From positions 6,153 through 70,152 of the forward strand of contig MWCJ01000006.1 of NCBI GenBank assembly GCA_002069975.1: 64,000 nucleotides of DNA. Direction: 5' to 3'. The DNA comes from Bacteroidetes bacterium ADurb.Bin217. GTDB lineage: Bacteria; Bacteroidota; Bacteroidia; Bacteroidales; UBA1715. Positions within the stretch are counted from its first letter, which is position 1; the number at the start of each line of letters is the position of its first letter. Under the pieces are notes generated by a model. It did no database searches, was not told where the DNA came from, and saw only the letters and a list, made by a program, of their open reading frames with translations. Position numbers and translations under genes: made by a program. This document shows positions 10,601 to 19,476 of the stretch, one piece after another.

Positions 10601-12292
10601 AACTCTTTTAATCAGACTATTGACGCAAATACTACAGGCTACTTTTTTATTACAATTGATATAGCTTCGAGTGCCACGAATACAAGAACAATTCAAGCTC
10701 AATCAATTACTGCAAACTATGTTACCATAAGTGGAGGAATTCAAATAGAGGGGACAATTCCCGAAGGTGGTGTTAAAACTATTGGAGGAGTTTTGTTCGG
10801 CAACAACTCTTCATTTAACTGGACGTCAACTTCAGATTGGTTAATAGCATGTAATGGTGCTTCGGCAAACAGAATTCCTACATCAACGGATTCTGTGATA
10901 TTACATTGCAACAACGATTTAAACTGGTATGAGTATTACATTAATACTGCAACTGTTGAAATAGGTGCATTAAATATACGATACGGAAAATTCTTGTTTA
11001 ACCACAATGGCGGCACTAATTTTACCGTAAACGGAAGTATGAAAATTGATGACAATCCGGCAGCAGACCAAGATGATTGGTCAACACAAATTGCAATAGG
11101 ACAAGACGGCATTAACACCCTACACGTTAAAGGAAATATAATTGGAGACAGGGCATTATTAGAATTTTACTCAAACGCTAATAGAAAAATAAATCTAATT
11201 CTTGAAGGAAATTTCGATATAGGATTTGTGGACTTACATGCAAATGTAGAAAAAAGTCATTTTGCCGACATTACAATTAACGGAGGTAAATTTCAATACT
11301 TTACAGCACAAATGACCGATGATGGTAATAAAATTTTTGAAATTGAAGGTACGGTTGTAATTGAAAACAATTCGCATTTACAATTAGGAGAATATGATAT
11401 AAATTTTGATTGGGAAATGGGAGATATTATAATAGAATCGGGATCAACAATTACTCTTTCGCAAAACAATACTATAACATCAGGTGATTTAGGAAATGGA
11501 GACATTACAAATTCTGGAACTTTAATTTGTGAATGTGGAACCAGTATTACATCAAATGGAACTTTTACAAATAATGCAACCATTTACGGACCCGAAATCG
11601 GATACACACGATTTATTAATAACAGTAGTATTCTAAACTCAGGAATAATTGGCGAAGATGATACAAACATAGCAGTTAGCGGTGATATAACAGGGAGCGG
11701 CAGTGTTGGTAGTAATGTCCTCCAAAACAGTTCTCAAGCTGCTACCTGCGAAAATTTATTACCAATTAATCTTATATCTTTTACAGTTACGAATGCAAAC
11801 AACTGCAATTCATTGCAATGGATAACTTCTTCTGAACAAAATAATGATTTTTTTACAATTTTACGTTCTGATAACGGAATAGATTTTAATTCTATCTACA
11901 CTACTTCAGGTTCCGGTAATTCCAATTCTATTAACACATATTCCTATCTAGATTGCATAGAAAACAACGGAATTGTTTATTACATTCTCGAACAAACAGA
12001 TTATGATGGAAAAACTTCTCGTTCACAAATAATTTCTACTTATAATTTTCAAAAAAAATTTACTATTGAAAAAATTTCTTTGTACCCCAGTGCACGAATG
12101 TATATTGTATTTGATGACACAAAAACTTCAAATCAGATTAGCATTATAGATATGAACGGAAAACTATTATTTTCGGAAATATACATGTTAGAGAAAAAAA
12201 TTGAAATACCATTACAATGGTCAAAAGGCACATATATAATAACTCATACAAAGAATTGTATTTCTCAAAGTATTCCATTTATAATCCATTAA
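7691..12292 (+). CDS. Giant secreted N/T/S/G-rich beta-helix-like surface protein (1533 aa) with internally duplicated modules and a T9SS type-A (Por_Secre_tail) C-terminal sorting domain
   Basis: Signal peptide MKHILLLYVFVICNNTIVSA. Long low-charge NxT/S-rich stretches. C-terminal ...ISLYPSARMYIVFDDTKTSNQISIIDMNGKLLFSE...WSKGTYIITHT...IPFIIH fits the type-A CTD pattern. Confidence 0.85.
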   Translation: MKHILLLYVFVICNNTIVSAITYYSTPNSNVNNLSEWWTNTDGTGSNPGNFTSSDIFQIQAGHSCQLNGNWSLGDNASLEIYGTLTLNSSYTFELGTNHSSTVTLTIKNGGTFSNESTGNKTFWRSVTIEDGGTWTGNSGVGANNVYMYANFTNNNTSTLQTDQTQATYYTNSGNSYTWNSGSPGLSVFNVYSQRDGFIYRGNLYVRNNFTTTAQLADGAGSTHIYLTGTGTVFTANSSMYNTTNFVFHFAPSVVGSNQTISIEGTQYSPTFRFENSVNATISGGGSYFELAQSTSGIIIDNNATLNDGGKEIRFENSSTLTMNSGSNLNVTNSNTVSNEKFWRYGTKTFATTSTLHISNASSTFSYANECSYSFGNITLGATSGASSISFQNNSLAITIKGNLSIGSNWTFGNAAANSNQVVITVQGNITNNGTYVQGTNTGSKLVLSGASAVHEISGSGTFNTNSTAPAIELNDAQGAQITSGSTITIQQLTHTNGIITNKGTLTISNAHSIPSGQTFVADNSSTTTFSNTITITGTYDARCGSVTNFNNTATNNGTIQGPTTGTWARIVNASAVNGSGSIGANSYIAFSGTLTCTKTGTNILESSGQAATCAIPDISLSSSNPAIAAGTIYNGSTKQAIYTFSLAVTTANASLSSIQFTTTNTDAADITKYQLWYNTSNDLSSSSQIGSDITTSLGSGLHIFNSLDQTINSGTTGYLWITVNVSNFPTETNTIQVSAISTGNITFASGNKSGTAYDGGIQTIQGTPTINCVTTSLSDFLYCSGAGASTAQSYTISGAYLTSDIEITSPTNYEISTLSESGYTSTINLTPTPISGTVANTIIYVRLKAGLSDGAYNTEIITHTSDGAIQKNITCNGDVGGRMVISSENQTQSQIIYPNLQGYLLSVFQIESICNASGTISELDFTTTGTYTSSDISTFNLFYSEYPTLNDSILVSSISSGIGTHSYSFNSFNQTIDANTTGYFFITIDIASSATNTRTIQAQSITANYVTISGGIQIEGTIPEGGVKTIGGVLFGNNSSFNWTSTSDWLIACNGASANRIPTSTDSVILHCNNDLNWYEYYINTATVEIGALNIRYGKFLFNHNGGTNFTVNGSMKIDDNPAADQDDWSTQIAIGQDGINTLHVKGNIIGDRALLEFYSNANRKINLILEGNFDIGFVDLHANVEKSHFADITINGGKFQYFTAQMTDDGNKIFEIEGTVVIENNSHLQLGEYDINFDWEMGDIIIESGSTITLSQNNTITSGDLGNGDITNSGTLICECGTSITSNGTFTNNATIYGPEIGYTRFINNSSILNSGIIGEDDTNIAVSGDITGSGSVGSNVLQNSSQAATCENLLPINLISFTVTNANNCNSLQWITSSEQNNDFFTILRSDNGIDFNSIYTTSGSGNSNSINTYSYLDCIENNGIVYYILEQTDYDGKTSRSQIISTYNFQKKFTIEKISLYPSARMYIVFDDTKTSNQISIIDMNGKLLFSEIYMLEKKIEIPLQWSKGTYIITHTKNCISQSIPFIIH

Positions 12293-12304
12293 TTATAAAA
12301 AATT

Positions 12305-14668
12305 ATGAAACTTTTTTTTATTGTACTATTTACAGGCATACAGATACATACTATTGCCCAATTTATAACTATTAAAAACAACCAATTTGTAATTAACAAT
12401 AACTCATCATGCCCTATATATTTTAATGGAGCAAACACACCTTGGTTTACTTGGAATGATTTCGACGGTGCTCAATCTTGGCAATATTTTGATTACAATA
12501 CATGGAAAACAGAATTCGAAAACATGAAAAACCATGGATTAAATTCCACTCGAATATGGATTTCATGCGATGGCGACGGACAACCATATATAAATAGCAG
12601 TGGTATTGCATCGAATCCTTCTGCCGAATTTTGGAAAAACTGTGATAGTCTATTTTCGTTAGCAAAACAAAATGGAATATATGTTATGGCAACAATGTTT
12701 TCATTTGACCATACAAAATCTAGCAAACCAAACAATACAAACTGGCAAAAAATGCTTACAAGCGAAACTAATATTCAAACATATGTAACTAATTTTATAA
12801 AACCATTTGTTGCCCGTTACAAAAGCAACCCCTACTTGTTTGCAATCGATATTTGTAATGAACCCGAATGGATGGTGGTTGACCAATCGTGGGGATGCAC
12901 ATGGGCTATTGTTCAAAAATATGTTGCAATAATAGCTGCAGGCATTAAAAGTGAACAACGAACCGATGGTTCTTCGGTATTGGTAACAGTTGGTTCTGCC
13001 GCTACTAAATGGAATTCGTCAAAAATGCGAACTTCAGCAAATGGTTCAGGTTGGGGAAACAATCCCGATGGCAACAAATGGACAGATGCAGCTCTCAAAG
13101 CTCAATATAACAATACAAATGCAACCTTAGATTTTTATTCACCTCATTATTATGGATGGGTTAATGAATGGTACCATAATCCTTTTGAAAAAACACCTAC
13201 CAATTTTGCAATTGACGATAAACCATGTCTTATAGGCGAAATGCCTTCAGAAAAATCAACTAACATTTCTACTCCTACCATGACATTACTCAATGCTTTT
13301 AATGCTCTAAAAAATAATGGTTGGCAGGGACATTTTCCTTGGACATCAAATACTGTAATTGACAATAATTTTGGCGGTTTATCATACTGGGGTAGTTCAG
13401 CCTTAACTTTTAAAACTACCAATTCTAATTTAATTGAGCCTAATTGTATTCCCACTCCCCCAACTTGTACAATCTCATCACCTCTATCAAATCAAACTTT
13501 TACACCAGGTACTACCATTACAATTACTGCAAATGCAACTTCATTTGTAGGAACTAGTATTACTAAAGTAGAATTTTACAATGGCTCCACATTATTATAT
13601 ACAGACAATTCGAGTCCCTATATGTATTCGTGGGCAAATGTTCCAGCAGGAACTTATTCTATAACAGCAAAAGCATACAACAACAACGGAGAATTTGGAA
13701 ATTCTTCAGAAGTAATCCTATATGTTCAAATTCCTAATTCCAATATACTCACCAACGGGGAGTTTGACAACAATACAAGCACGTGGAGTATAGAAAATAA
13801 TTCTGAAGCAAATGGCAGCATGACTATAGTAACAAATGCGGCAATGTCGGGAACAAACGCTCTGAAAATATGCCAAACCAATGCTGGAACAGAAGATTGG
13901 CATATACAAGTACCTACTTCAATTTCGTGTATTGCAAATAAAGATTATGAAATTAGTTTTATAGCAAAAGCTGATGCTCCACGAACAATAAAATGTGTAA
14001 TTCAACAAGGAATAGAACCTTGGGATATGTATTACTCTGATGGTATGACAAACCTTACCACAAGCAATCAAACTTTTACATATAATTTTACACCTACGGT
14101 ATCTGATAATTCGGCACATCTCAAATTTTTAATAGGCGGTAACACTTCTTGTGTATATATCGACAAAGTGGTTTTTAAAGAAAAACAGGCACCAACCAAA
14201 CAAATTATTCAACTTTCAAGTGGTTGGAATTTAATTTCGTTATATGTTATTCCTAAACATTTTGAAATTGACTCGGTATTTTTACCAATTATTCATGAAG
14301 TTGATATTATAAAAAACAGTAATGGGTTTTACAGCACTTCGCAAAACAGCAATCAAAGCCTTACCACTCTTTCGTTAGAAAGTTCGTATTTAATTAAAAT
14401 GAAAACAGCACAATTACTCGAAATACAAGGAGAATTACCAACTGCTACTACTATTAATTTAGATTCAGGATGGAATATGATTGGATACCCAAAATATGTA
14501 GAATCAGAAACAACTCAAATTTTTTCTGAAATATGGAATGAAATAGAAACCATAAAAAATTTCGATGATTTTTTAGACAAATCATCAGGCACATTACACC
14601 TCATGATTCCAAATCAAGGATATTATATATATTGTAAAACACCTACAAGTATAACCTTTTCAAATTAA
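12305..14668 (+). CDS. Secreted GH5-family glycoside hydrolase (mannanase/cellulase-like) with an Ig-like domain, a CBM4_9-like domain and two C-terminal GWN-type repeats
   Basis: Signal peptide. (beta/alpha)8 GH5 landmarks are FNGANTPW, STRIW, ICNEPEW (acid/base Glu), SPHYYGW and LIGEMPS (nucleophile Glu). An Ig-like segment follows (CTISSPLSNQTFTPGTTITITANA...VEFYNGSTLL...YSWANVPAGTYSITAKAYNNNG), then a CBM-like segment (NILTNGEFDNNTSTWSIE...). The gene starts 12 nt after the upstream gene. Confidence 0.75.
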   Translation: MKLFFIVLFTGIQIHTIAQFITIKNNQFVINNNSSCPIYFNGANTPWFTWNDFDGAQSWQYFDYNTWKTEFENMKNHGLNSTRIWISCDGDGQPYINSSGIASNPSAEFWKNCDSLFSLAKQNGIYVMATMFSFDHTKSSKPNNTNWQKMLTSETNIQTYVTNFIKPFVARYKSNPYLFAIDICNEPEWMVVDQSWGCTWAIVQKYVAIIAAGIKSEQRTDGSSVLVTVGSAATKWNSSKMRTSANGSGWGNNPDGNKWTDAALKAQYNNTNATLDFYSPHYYGWVNEWYHNPFEKTPTNFAIDDKPCLIGEMPSEKSTNISTPTMTLLNAFNALKNNGWQGHFPWTSNTVIDNNFGGLSYWGSSALTFKTTNSNLIEPNCIPTPPTCTISSPLSNQTFTPGTTITITANATSFVGTSITKVEFYNGSTLLYTDNSSPYMYSWANVPAGTYSITAKAYNNNGEFGNSSEVILYVQIPNSNILTNGEFDNNTSTWSIENNSEANGSMTIVTNAAMSGTNALKICQTNAGTEDWHIQVPTSISCIANKDYEISFIAKADAPRTIKCVIQQGIEPWDMYYSDGMTNLTTSNQTFTYNFTPTVSDNSAHLKFLIGGNTSCVYIDKVVFKEKQAPTKQIIQLSSGWNLISLYVIPKHFEIDSVFLPIIHEVDIIKNSNGFYSTSQNSNQSLTTLSLESSYLIKMKTAQLLEIQGELPTATTINLDSGWNMIGYPKYVESETTQIFSEIWNEIETIKNFDDFLDKSSGTLHLMIPNQGYYIYCKTPTSITFSN

Positions 14669-14726
14669 TTATTTCCCGATTTATAGTGTTCTATAACCAT
14701 TTTAGGATTTATTACAATAAAAAAAA

Positions 14727-14747
14727 CCCTCGCAATGGGTGCGAGGG
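14727..14747 (+). terminator. Hairpin downstream of the GH5 gene (8-bp GC-rich stem), probable terminator
   Basis: ccctcgca (14727-14734), loop atggg, tgcgaggg (14740-14747). An A8 run precedes it and tt-aaattt follows. Confidence 0.5.
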
Positions 14748-14980
14748 TTAAATTTGCCTTAGAATTGAGAGTTTTGAATATATAAATAACCTACCTAAAT
14801 AAATATATAACAGGCAAATTTCTTTAAATGAGTATTGGAGATTACTCACTATGAAAACTTCTTGAAAACAAAATTAATATCTATATATCAAATACTTAAA
14901 TACAATTATCTCAAAAAAACATACTTTTTTATCATTTTCACACAACTTATATTCTTATACTTAAAATCAATAATAAAAAA

Positions 14981-15002
14981 AGGCTATTATTACTAATAGC
15001 CT
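14981..15002 (-). terminator. Strong intrinsic terminator read on the minus strand
   Basis: aggctatta / ttac / taatagcct. The A-run at 14975-14980 becomes a U-run after the stem on the minus strand, with further pairing aaaggc.../...gccttt. Confidence 0.6.
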
Positions 15003-15089
15003 TTAAATGCCTACAGGGATTTTATTTTGACGAACAATTCAATTTAAAAAAGGCATTTTAAATGAAAAATTATTTAAAGTAAATAATAA

Positions 15090-15137
15090 AACCATAATGC
15101 TTAATGTATACAACAAAGATACATGTGCATTATGGTT
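15090..15137 (-). terminator. Long two-tier hairpin 48 nt downstream of the guaA stop; terminator or 3'-UTR structure
   Basis: Outer arms aaccataatgc (15090-15100) and gcattatggtt (15127-15137), 11 bp perfect. Inner arms atgtat/atacat. U-rich tract after it on the minus strand. Confidence 0.45.
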
Positions 15138-15184
15138 AAATATAATAGTAATAGTACAAAAATTAGTACTTTTTTATCATTTTG

Positions 15185-16711
15185 TTACTCCCACTCTATA
15201 GTTGCCGGAGGTTTAGAGCTAATATCGTAAACTACTCGGTTTACACCTTTTACTTTATTTATAATTTCGTTCGACATTTTCGCTAAAAACTCATACGGCA
15301 AATGACACCAATCTGCGGTCATACCATCGGTAGAACTTACGGCACGAAGTGCTACGCAATTTTCATAAGTACGCTCATCGCCCATTACACCAACCGATTG
15401 AACAGGCAAAAGCATGACACCCGCTTGCCACACGGTATCATATAATCCATGTGTTTTGAGTCCTTGTATAAATATTGCATCACATTCTTGTAATATTGCT
15501 ACTTTTTCGCGTGTAACTTCACCTATGATACGTATTGCTAATCCTGGCCCAGGGAATGGATGACGAGCTAAAATATCTGATGGTATTTGCAATGCTTTTC
15601 CAACTCTACGAACCTCATCTTTGAACAACAACCGCAATGGTTCTACAATTTTGAGTTTCATAAAATCGGGTAACCCACCTACATTATGATGTGATTTTAT
15701 GGTTGCACTTGGCCCGTTTACAGAAACTGATTCAATAACATCCGGATAAATAGTTCCTTGTGCCAACCATGTTACATCTTGTAACTTGTGAGCTTCTTGG
15801 TCGAACACATCAATAAAAGTTCCACCTATAATTTTACGTTTAGTCTCAGGGTCTGACACTCCTTCGAGTTTATCTAAAAATTGATCCTTTGCATTTACTC
15901 CTATCACATTCAAACCTAATACTTTATATTGCTCAAGTACCGATTCAAATTCGTTTTTACGCAACACTCCGTTGTCAACAAATATACATACCAAATTTTT
16001 ACCAATAGCTTTATGTAGCAAAACTGCGGCAACACTTGAATCAACACCTCCAGACAAACCTAATACAACTTTATCTGTTCCTAATGTTTGTTTCAAATCG
16101 GCTATGGTAGATTCTATAAAAGAATCGGGAGTCCACGATTGAGCACATCCACAAATACCTACCACAAAGTTTTTTAACAATGTAGCACCATCGGTAGAAT
16201 GATAAACTTCGGGGTGAAATTGTATTCCAAATGTTTGTTCTCCTTGTATATGATATGCAGCAACTTTTACATCTTCGGTACTTGCAATAATTTCATAGGT
16301 TGAAGGTATTGAGGTAATTGTATCGCCATGCGACATCCATACTTGTGAATCAAGTGGAATAGACTCAAATAAAACATTATTAGTTTCTATAAATTTCAAA
16401 TGAGCTCGTCCGTATTCACGGGTTTTCGATGGTTGTACATTTCCGCCAAATTGCTTTGCCATAAGTTGTGCACCATAACATACACCCAATACCGGCAATT
16501 TTCCTTTACAAAAATCAAGATTTGGCATAGGAGCTTCGGTATCGTTTACAGAAAAGGGACTACCCGAAAGTATTACACCTTTGGTGTGTTTATCAATTGC
16601 AGGAATTTTGTGATACGGCACTATTTCACAATACACATTCAACTCACGTACTCTCCTGGCAATCAACTGTGTATACTGTGATCCAAAGTCTAAAATAAGT
16701 ATTTTTTCCAT
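15185..16711 (-). CDS. guaA: GMP synthase (glutamine-hydrolysing)
   Basis: 508 aa. GATase domain ([32 protein letters not shown]), ATP-pyrophosphatase P-loop ([10 protein letters not shown]) and C-terminal ...KPPATIEWE. Confidence 0.97.
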   Translation of the reverse strand: MEKILILDFGSQYTQLIARRVRELNVYCEIVPYHKIPAIDKHTKGVILSGSPFSVNDTEAPMPNLDFCKGKLPVLGVCYGAQLMAKQFGGNVQPSKTREYGRAHLKFIETNNVLFESIPLDSQVWMSHGDTITSIPSTYEIIASTEDVKVAAYHIQGEQTFGIQFHPEVYHSTDGATLLKNFVVGICGCAQSWTPDSFIESTIADLKQTLGTDKVVLGLSGGVDSSVAAVLLHKAIGKNLVCIFVDNGVLRKNEFESVLEQYKVLGLNVIGVNAKDQFLDKLEGVSDPETKRKIIGGTFIDVFDQEAHKLQDVTWLAQGTIYPDVIESVSVNGPSATIKSHHNVGGLPDFMKLKIVEPLRLLFKDEVRRVGKALQIPSDILARHPFPGPGLAIRIIGEVTREKVAILQECDAIFIQGLKTHGLYDTVWQAGVMLLPVQSVGVMGDERTYENCVALRAVSSTDGMTADWCHLPYEFLAKMSNEIINKVKGVNRVVYDISSKPPATIEWE

Positions 16712-16729
16712 TCAATATATTTTTGGATT

Positions 16730-16737
16730 CAAAAATA
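16730..16737 (-). promoter_or_regulatory. Candidate Bacteroidota sigma-A -7 box (TAnnTTTG) for guaA
   Basis: The minus strand reads TATTTTTG, 19 nt upstream of the guaA ATG. Confidence 0.35.
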
Positions 16738-16930
16738 CTTGTATTCTTCCAATATTTATAATTTTTTTAAAAAAATATACAACTCCTTTTGGTAACTATA
16801 TATACAATTATTATTTATCGCAACAATAGCACTCCCCCCATAGTATGATACCGTATTTTTTACAATAAGCATTAAAAAAAATTACATCACTACACAACAA
16901 CAAAATACAATAGTAATTTACAGCAAAAAA

Positions 16931-16968
16931 AACCTCTGTATGCATTAAAAAAATAGCATACAGAGGTT
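16931..16968 (-). terminator. Intrinsic terminator after pheS (13-bp stem), flanked by A-run and T-run
   Basis: aacctctgtatgc (16931-16943) pairs with gcatacagaggtt (16956-16968). The A8 upstream gives a U-run on the minus strand. Confidence 0.7.
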
Positions 16969-16998
16969 TTAAGTGTAAAAGTTAGAGTTTTTGAAGCG

Positions 16999-18018
16999 TT
17001 ACAAAGCCGCCTCAAATTGTCGTAAAAATCTCACATCATTTTCGAAAAACAAACGAATATCTTTTACTTGGTATTTTAACATTGCTATCCGCTCTACTCC
17101 CATTCCAAAGGCAAAGCCACTATATATTTTACTATCAATAGAACAATTATCAAGTACATTAGGATCAACCATTCCACAACCCAAAATTTCAACCCAGCCG
17201 CTATATTTACATACATTACAACCTTTTCCTCCACATATAGAACATGAAATATCCATTTCTGCCGATGGTTCAGTAAAAGGAAAATATGAAGGTCGTAAAC
17301 GTATTTGCGTATCAGCTCCAAACATTTCTTTGGCAAAATATAACAAAGTTTGTTTTAAATCGGCAAACGAAACATTGGTATCGATATATAACCCTTCTAC
17401 CTGATGAAAAATACAATGAGCACGTGCCGAAATAGCTTCGTTTCGAAAAACTCTACCGGGGAATATAGCACGAATTGGAGGCTTCTGATGTTCCATTACT
17501 CGTACTTGCACTGATGATGTATGTGTTCGTAACAACACATCTGGATTTTTTTCGATAAAAAAAGTATCTTGCATATCACGAGCCGGATGTTCCAACGGAA
17601 AATTAAGTGCAGTAAACACATGCCAATCGTCCTCAATCTCGGGTCCTTCAGAAACAATAAAACCAATTTTAGCAAAAATTTCAATTATTTGATTTTTCAC
17701 AATACTTAAAGGATGTCGACTACCAAGCATTATTGGCTTTTCTGGTAATGTTACATCTATTCCTTGCAATACAGATTCATTTGTTTCAAACTGTGCTTGT
17801 ATTCGTTCAAGCGTATCTTGAATCAATTGTTTCAAAATATTTAATTGTTTCCCAAACTCTTTCTTTTGTTCATTTGGGACTTCTTTAAATGCTTCGAACA
17901 ATTGAGCTAATTCTCCTTTTTTTGAAAGATATGTTAACCTAAATTGTTCAACTTCTTCTTTTGTTTGTGCTTCAAATGCGTGAACTGTTTGTAAAAGCTC
18001 TTGTATTTTTTGTAACAT
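16999..18018 (-). CDS. pheS: Phenylalanine--tRNA ligase alpha subunit
   Basis: 339 aa. Class II aaRS motifs (HPARDMQDTFF, FRNEAISARAH, GFAFGMGVERIAMLKY). Confidence 0.96.
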   Translation of the reverse strand: MLQKIQELLQTVHAFEAQTKEEVEQFRLTYLSKKGELAQLFEAFKEVPNEQKKEFGKQLNILKQLIQDTLERIQAQFETNESVLQGIDVTLPEKPIMLGSRHPLSIVKNQIIEIFAKIGFIVSEGPEIEDDWHVFTALNFPLEHPARDMQDTFFIEKNPDVLLRTHTSSVQVRVMEHQKPPIRAIFPGRVFRNEAISARAHCIFHQVEGLYIDTNVSFADLKQTLLYFAKEMFGADTQIRLRPSYFPFTEPSAEMDISCSICGGKGCNVCKYSGWVEILGCGMVDPNVLDNCSIDSKIYSGFAFGMGVERIAMLKYQVKDIRLFFENDVRFLRQFEAAL

Positions 18019-18025
18019 ATGTGTA

Positions 18026-18883
18026 TTATTTTGTCATTTTAATTTTCATTACAACATTGATTTTTGGCCTATCAAAATGTGTTTCTACATTTGAAATTTT
18101 TTCAACTACCTCTATACCTTCGATAACTTGACCAAAAACTGTATATTCATAATCTAAATGAGGCGCACCTCCCAGTGTGGTATATATATTTCTTTGTTCT
18201 GGTGTATATCTATATTTTTCTATTTCTGCCATTTCTTGAGGCAATTTTGCTTTAATTTCTTCTATTTTCGCATTAAATTCTTCTGTTTTCCCTTCTTTTT
18301 GCATCACTATTATTTGATTTCGCAATTCCGTTTGCTCTGGCTTTTGCAAATACTCACGAATAACTTTAAATGTCATTTTTGAAATTCGCTGTTCTTCTAT
18401 TTGATTCAATTCTTGTTCACTGTATATTCTTCCTTGCACAATATAAAATTGCGAACCCGATGATGCTTGTAAAGGATTTTGCTCGTCACCTAAACGAGCT
18501 GCAGCAACTGCTCCTTTTTTATGAATCAACCCGGGCACAAATTCAGCTCGAATAGTATACCCTGGACCACCATTCCCTAACATTTGCTTATGATTTGCTC
18601 CTTTGGACAATGGATCACCGCATTGTATCATAAAATTAGGAATTACTCGATGAAACAATAAACTATCATAAAATTTTGAATTGGTTAACTGTATAAAATT
18701 ATCTCGATGTAATGGAGTCTCGTTATATAAAGATATAATTATTGTTCCGTAATTTGTTTCTATTTGAGCTTTGCTTTGTTTTTGATTATTACCATCAAAC
18801 GAAACTAACCGACAACTTGTAATATATATACTTGTCAAAAGTATATGTATAATTACATATGTAATTCGTATTTGGAGCTTCAT
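18026..18883 (-). CDS. Cyclophilin-type peptidyl-prolyl isomerase, probable lipoprotein, with a large internal insertion
   Basis: 285 aa. Lipobox-like ...YITSC. Cyclophilin motifs FHRVIPNFMIQCGDP, GSQFYIVQG and YTVFGQVIEGIEVV. The stop lies 7 nt from the pheS start. Confidence 0.9.
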   Translation of the reverse strand: MKLQIRITYVIIHILLTSIYITSCRLVSFDGNNQKQSKAQIETNYGTIIISLYNETPLHRDNFIQLTNSKFYDSLLFHRVIPNFMIQCGDPLSKGANHKQMLGNGGPGYTIRAEFVPGLIHKKGAVAAARLGDEQNPLQASSGSQFYIVQGRIYSEQELNQIEEQRISKMTFKVIREYLQKPEQTELRNQIIVMQKEGKTEEFNAKIEEIKAKLPQEMAEIEKYRYTPEQRNIYTTLGGAPHLDYEYTVFGQVIEGIEVVEKISNVETHFDRPKINVVMKIKMTK

Positions 18884-18967
18884 TAGGTACTTTATTTCTA
18901 AATATTTTGCAAATTAAAAAAATATATCACGTAATTTCATTATTTTTATGACTAAAATTATAAAAAT

Positions 18968-19444
18968 ATGATTTCCGAATTAGATTCAACATTTTTGCAT
19001 CGTGCAATTGAAATTGCTCATTCTAATATTGATAATGGTGGAGGACCTTTTGGTGCTGTTATAACATATAAAAACAACATAATTGCTGAGAGCGGAAATA
19101 TGGTTCGTATTCAAAACGACCCCACGGCACACGCAGAAGTTGAAGCAATTCGAAAAGCATGTGCAACATTGCAAAATTATTCGTTAGAACACTGTACAAT
19201 TTATTCTTCGTGCGAACCGTGCCCAATGTGTTTAGGAGCTATTTATTGGGCAAAAATAAATCGAATTGTTTTTGCATCATCACGATTCGATGCAGCAGCA
19301 GCTGGCTTTGACGACAAATTGATATATGATGAAATTCTATTGCCCATTGCCCAACGAACAGTAACTACAGTTTCTGCTCCACTCCAAATTGCCGATGATG
19401 TTTTCAAAAAATGGATTGAATTTGACAAAAAATTAAGATATTAA
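18968..19444 (+). CDS. guaD: Guanine deaminase-like CDA-fold nucleoside/nucleotide deaminase
   Basis: 158 aa. GGPFGAV, DPTAHAEVEAIRKAC, SSCEPCPMCLGAIYWA and AAAAGFDD closely follow the Bacillus GuaD pattern as I recall it. Confidence 0.8.
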   Translation: MISELDSTFLHRAIEIAHSNIDNGGGPFGAVITYKNNIIAESGNMVRIQNDPTAHAEVEAIRKACATLQNYSLEHCTIYSSCEPCPMCLGAIYWAKINRIVFASSRFDAAAAGFDDKLIYDEILLPIAQRTVTTVSAPLQIADDVFKKWIEFDKKLRY

Positions 19445-19476
19445 TACTAATTTTGAATGTATTTTCAAATTAACAC

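Noticed and set aside
12447-14119. A cluster of seven antisense ORFs (61-101 aa) inside the GH5 gene, with similar antisense ORFs inside the two giant genes (for example 8566-8856 and 11293-11583).
   Set aside because: All lie wholly inside strongly supported sense genes and their translations lack motifs. They are typical stop-poor antisense frames.
16991-17404. A 137-aa plus-strand ORF antisense to pheS. Similar cases are the 108-aa ORF at 34662-34988 antisense to topA, the 101-aa ORF at 28344-28649 antisense to gldL, and the 107-aa ORF at 36792-37115 antisense to the PBP1A gene.
   Set aside because: They are embedded in highly conserved housekeeping genes and have no independent features, so I treat them as spurious.
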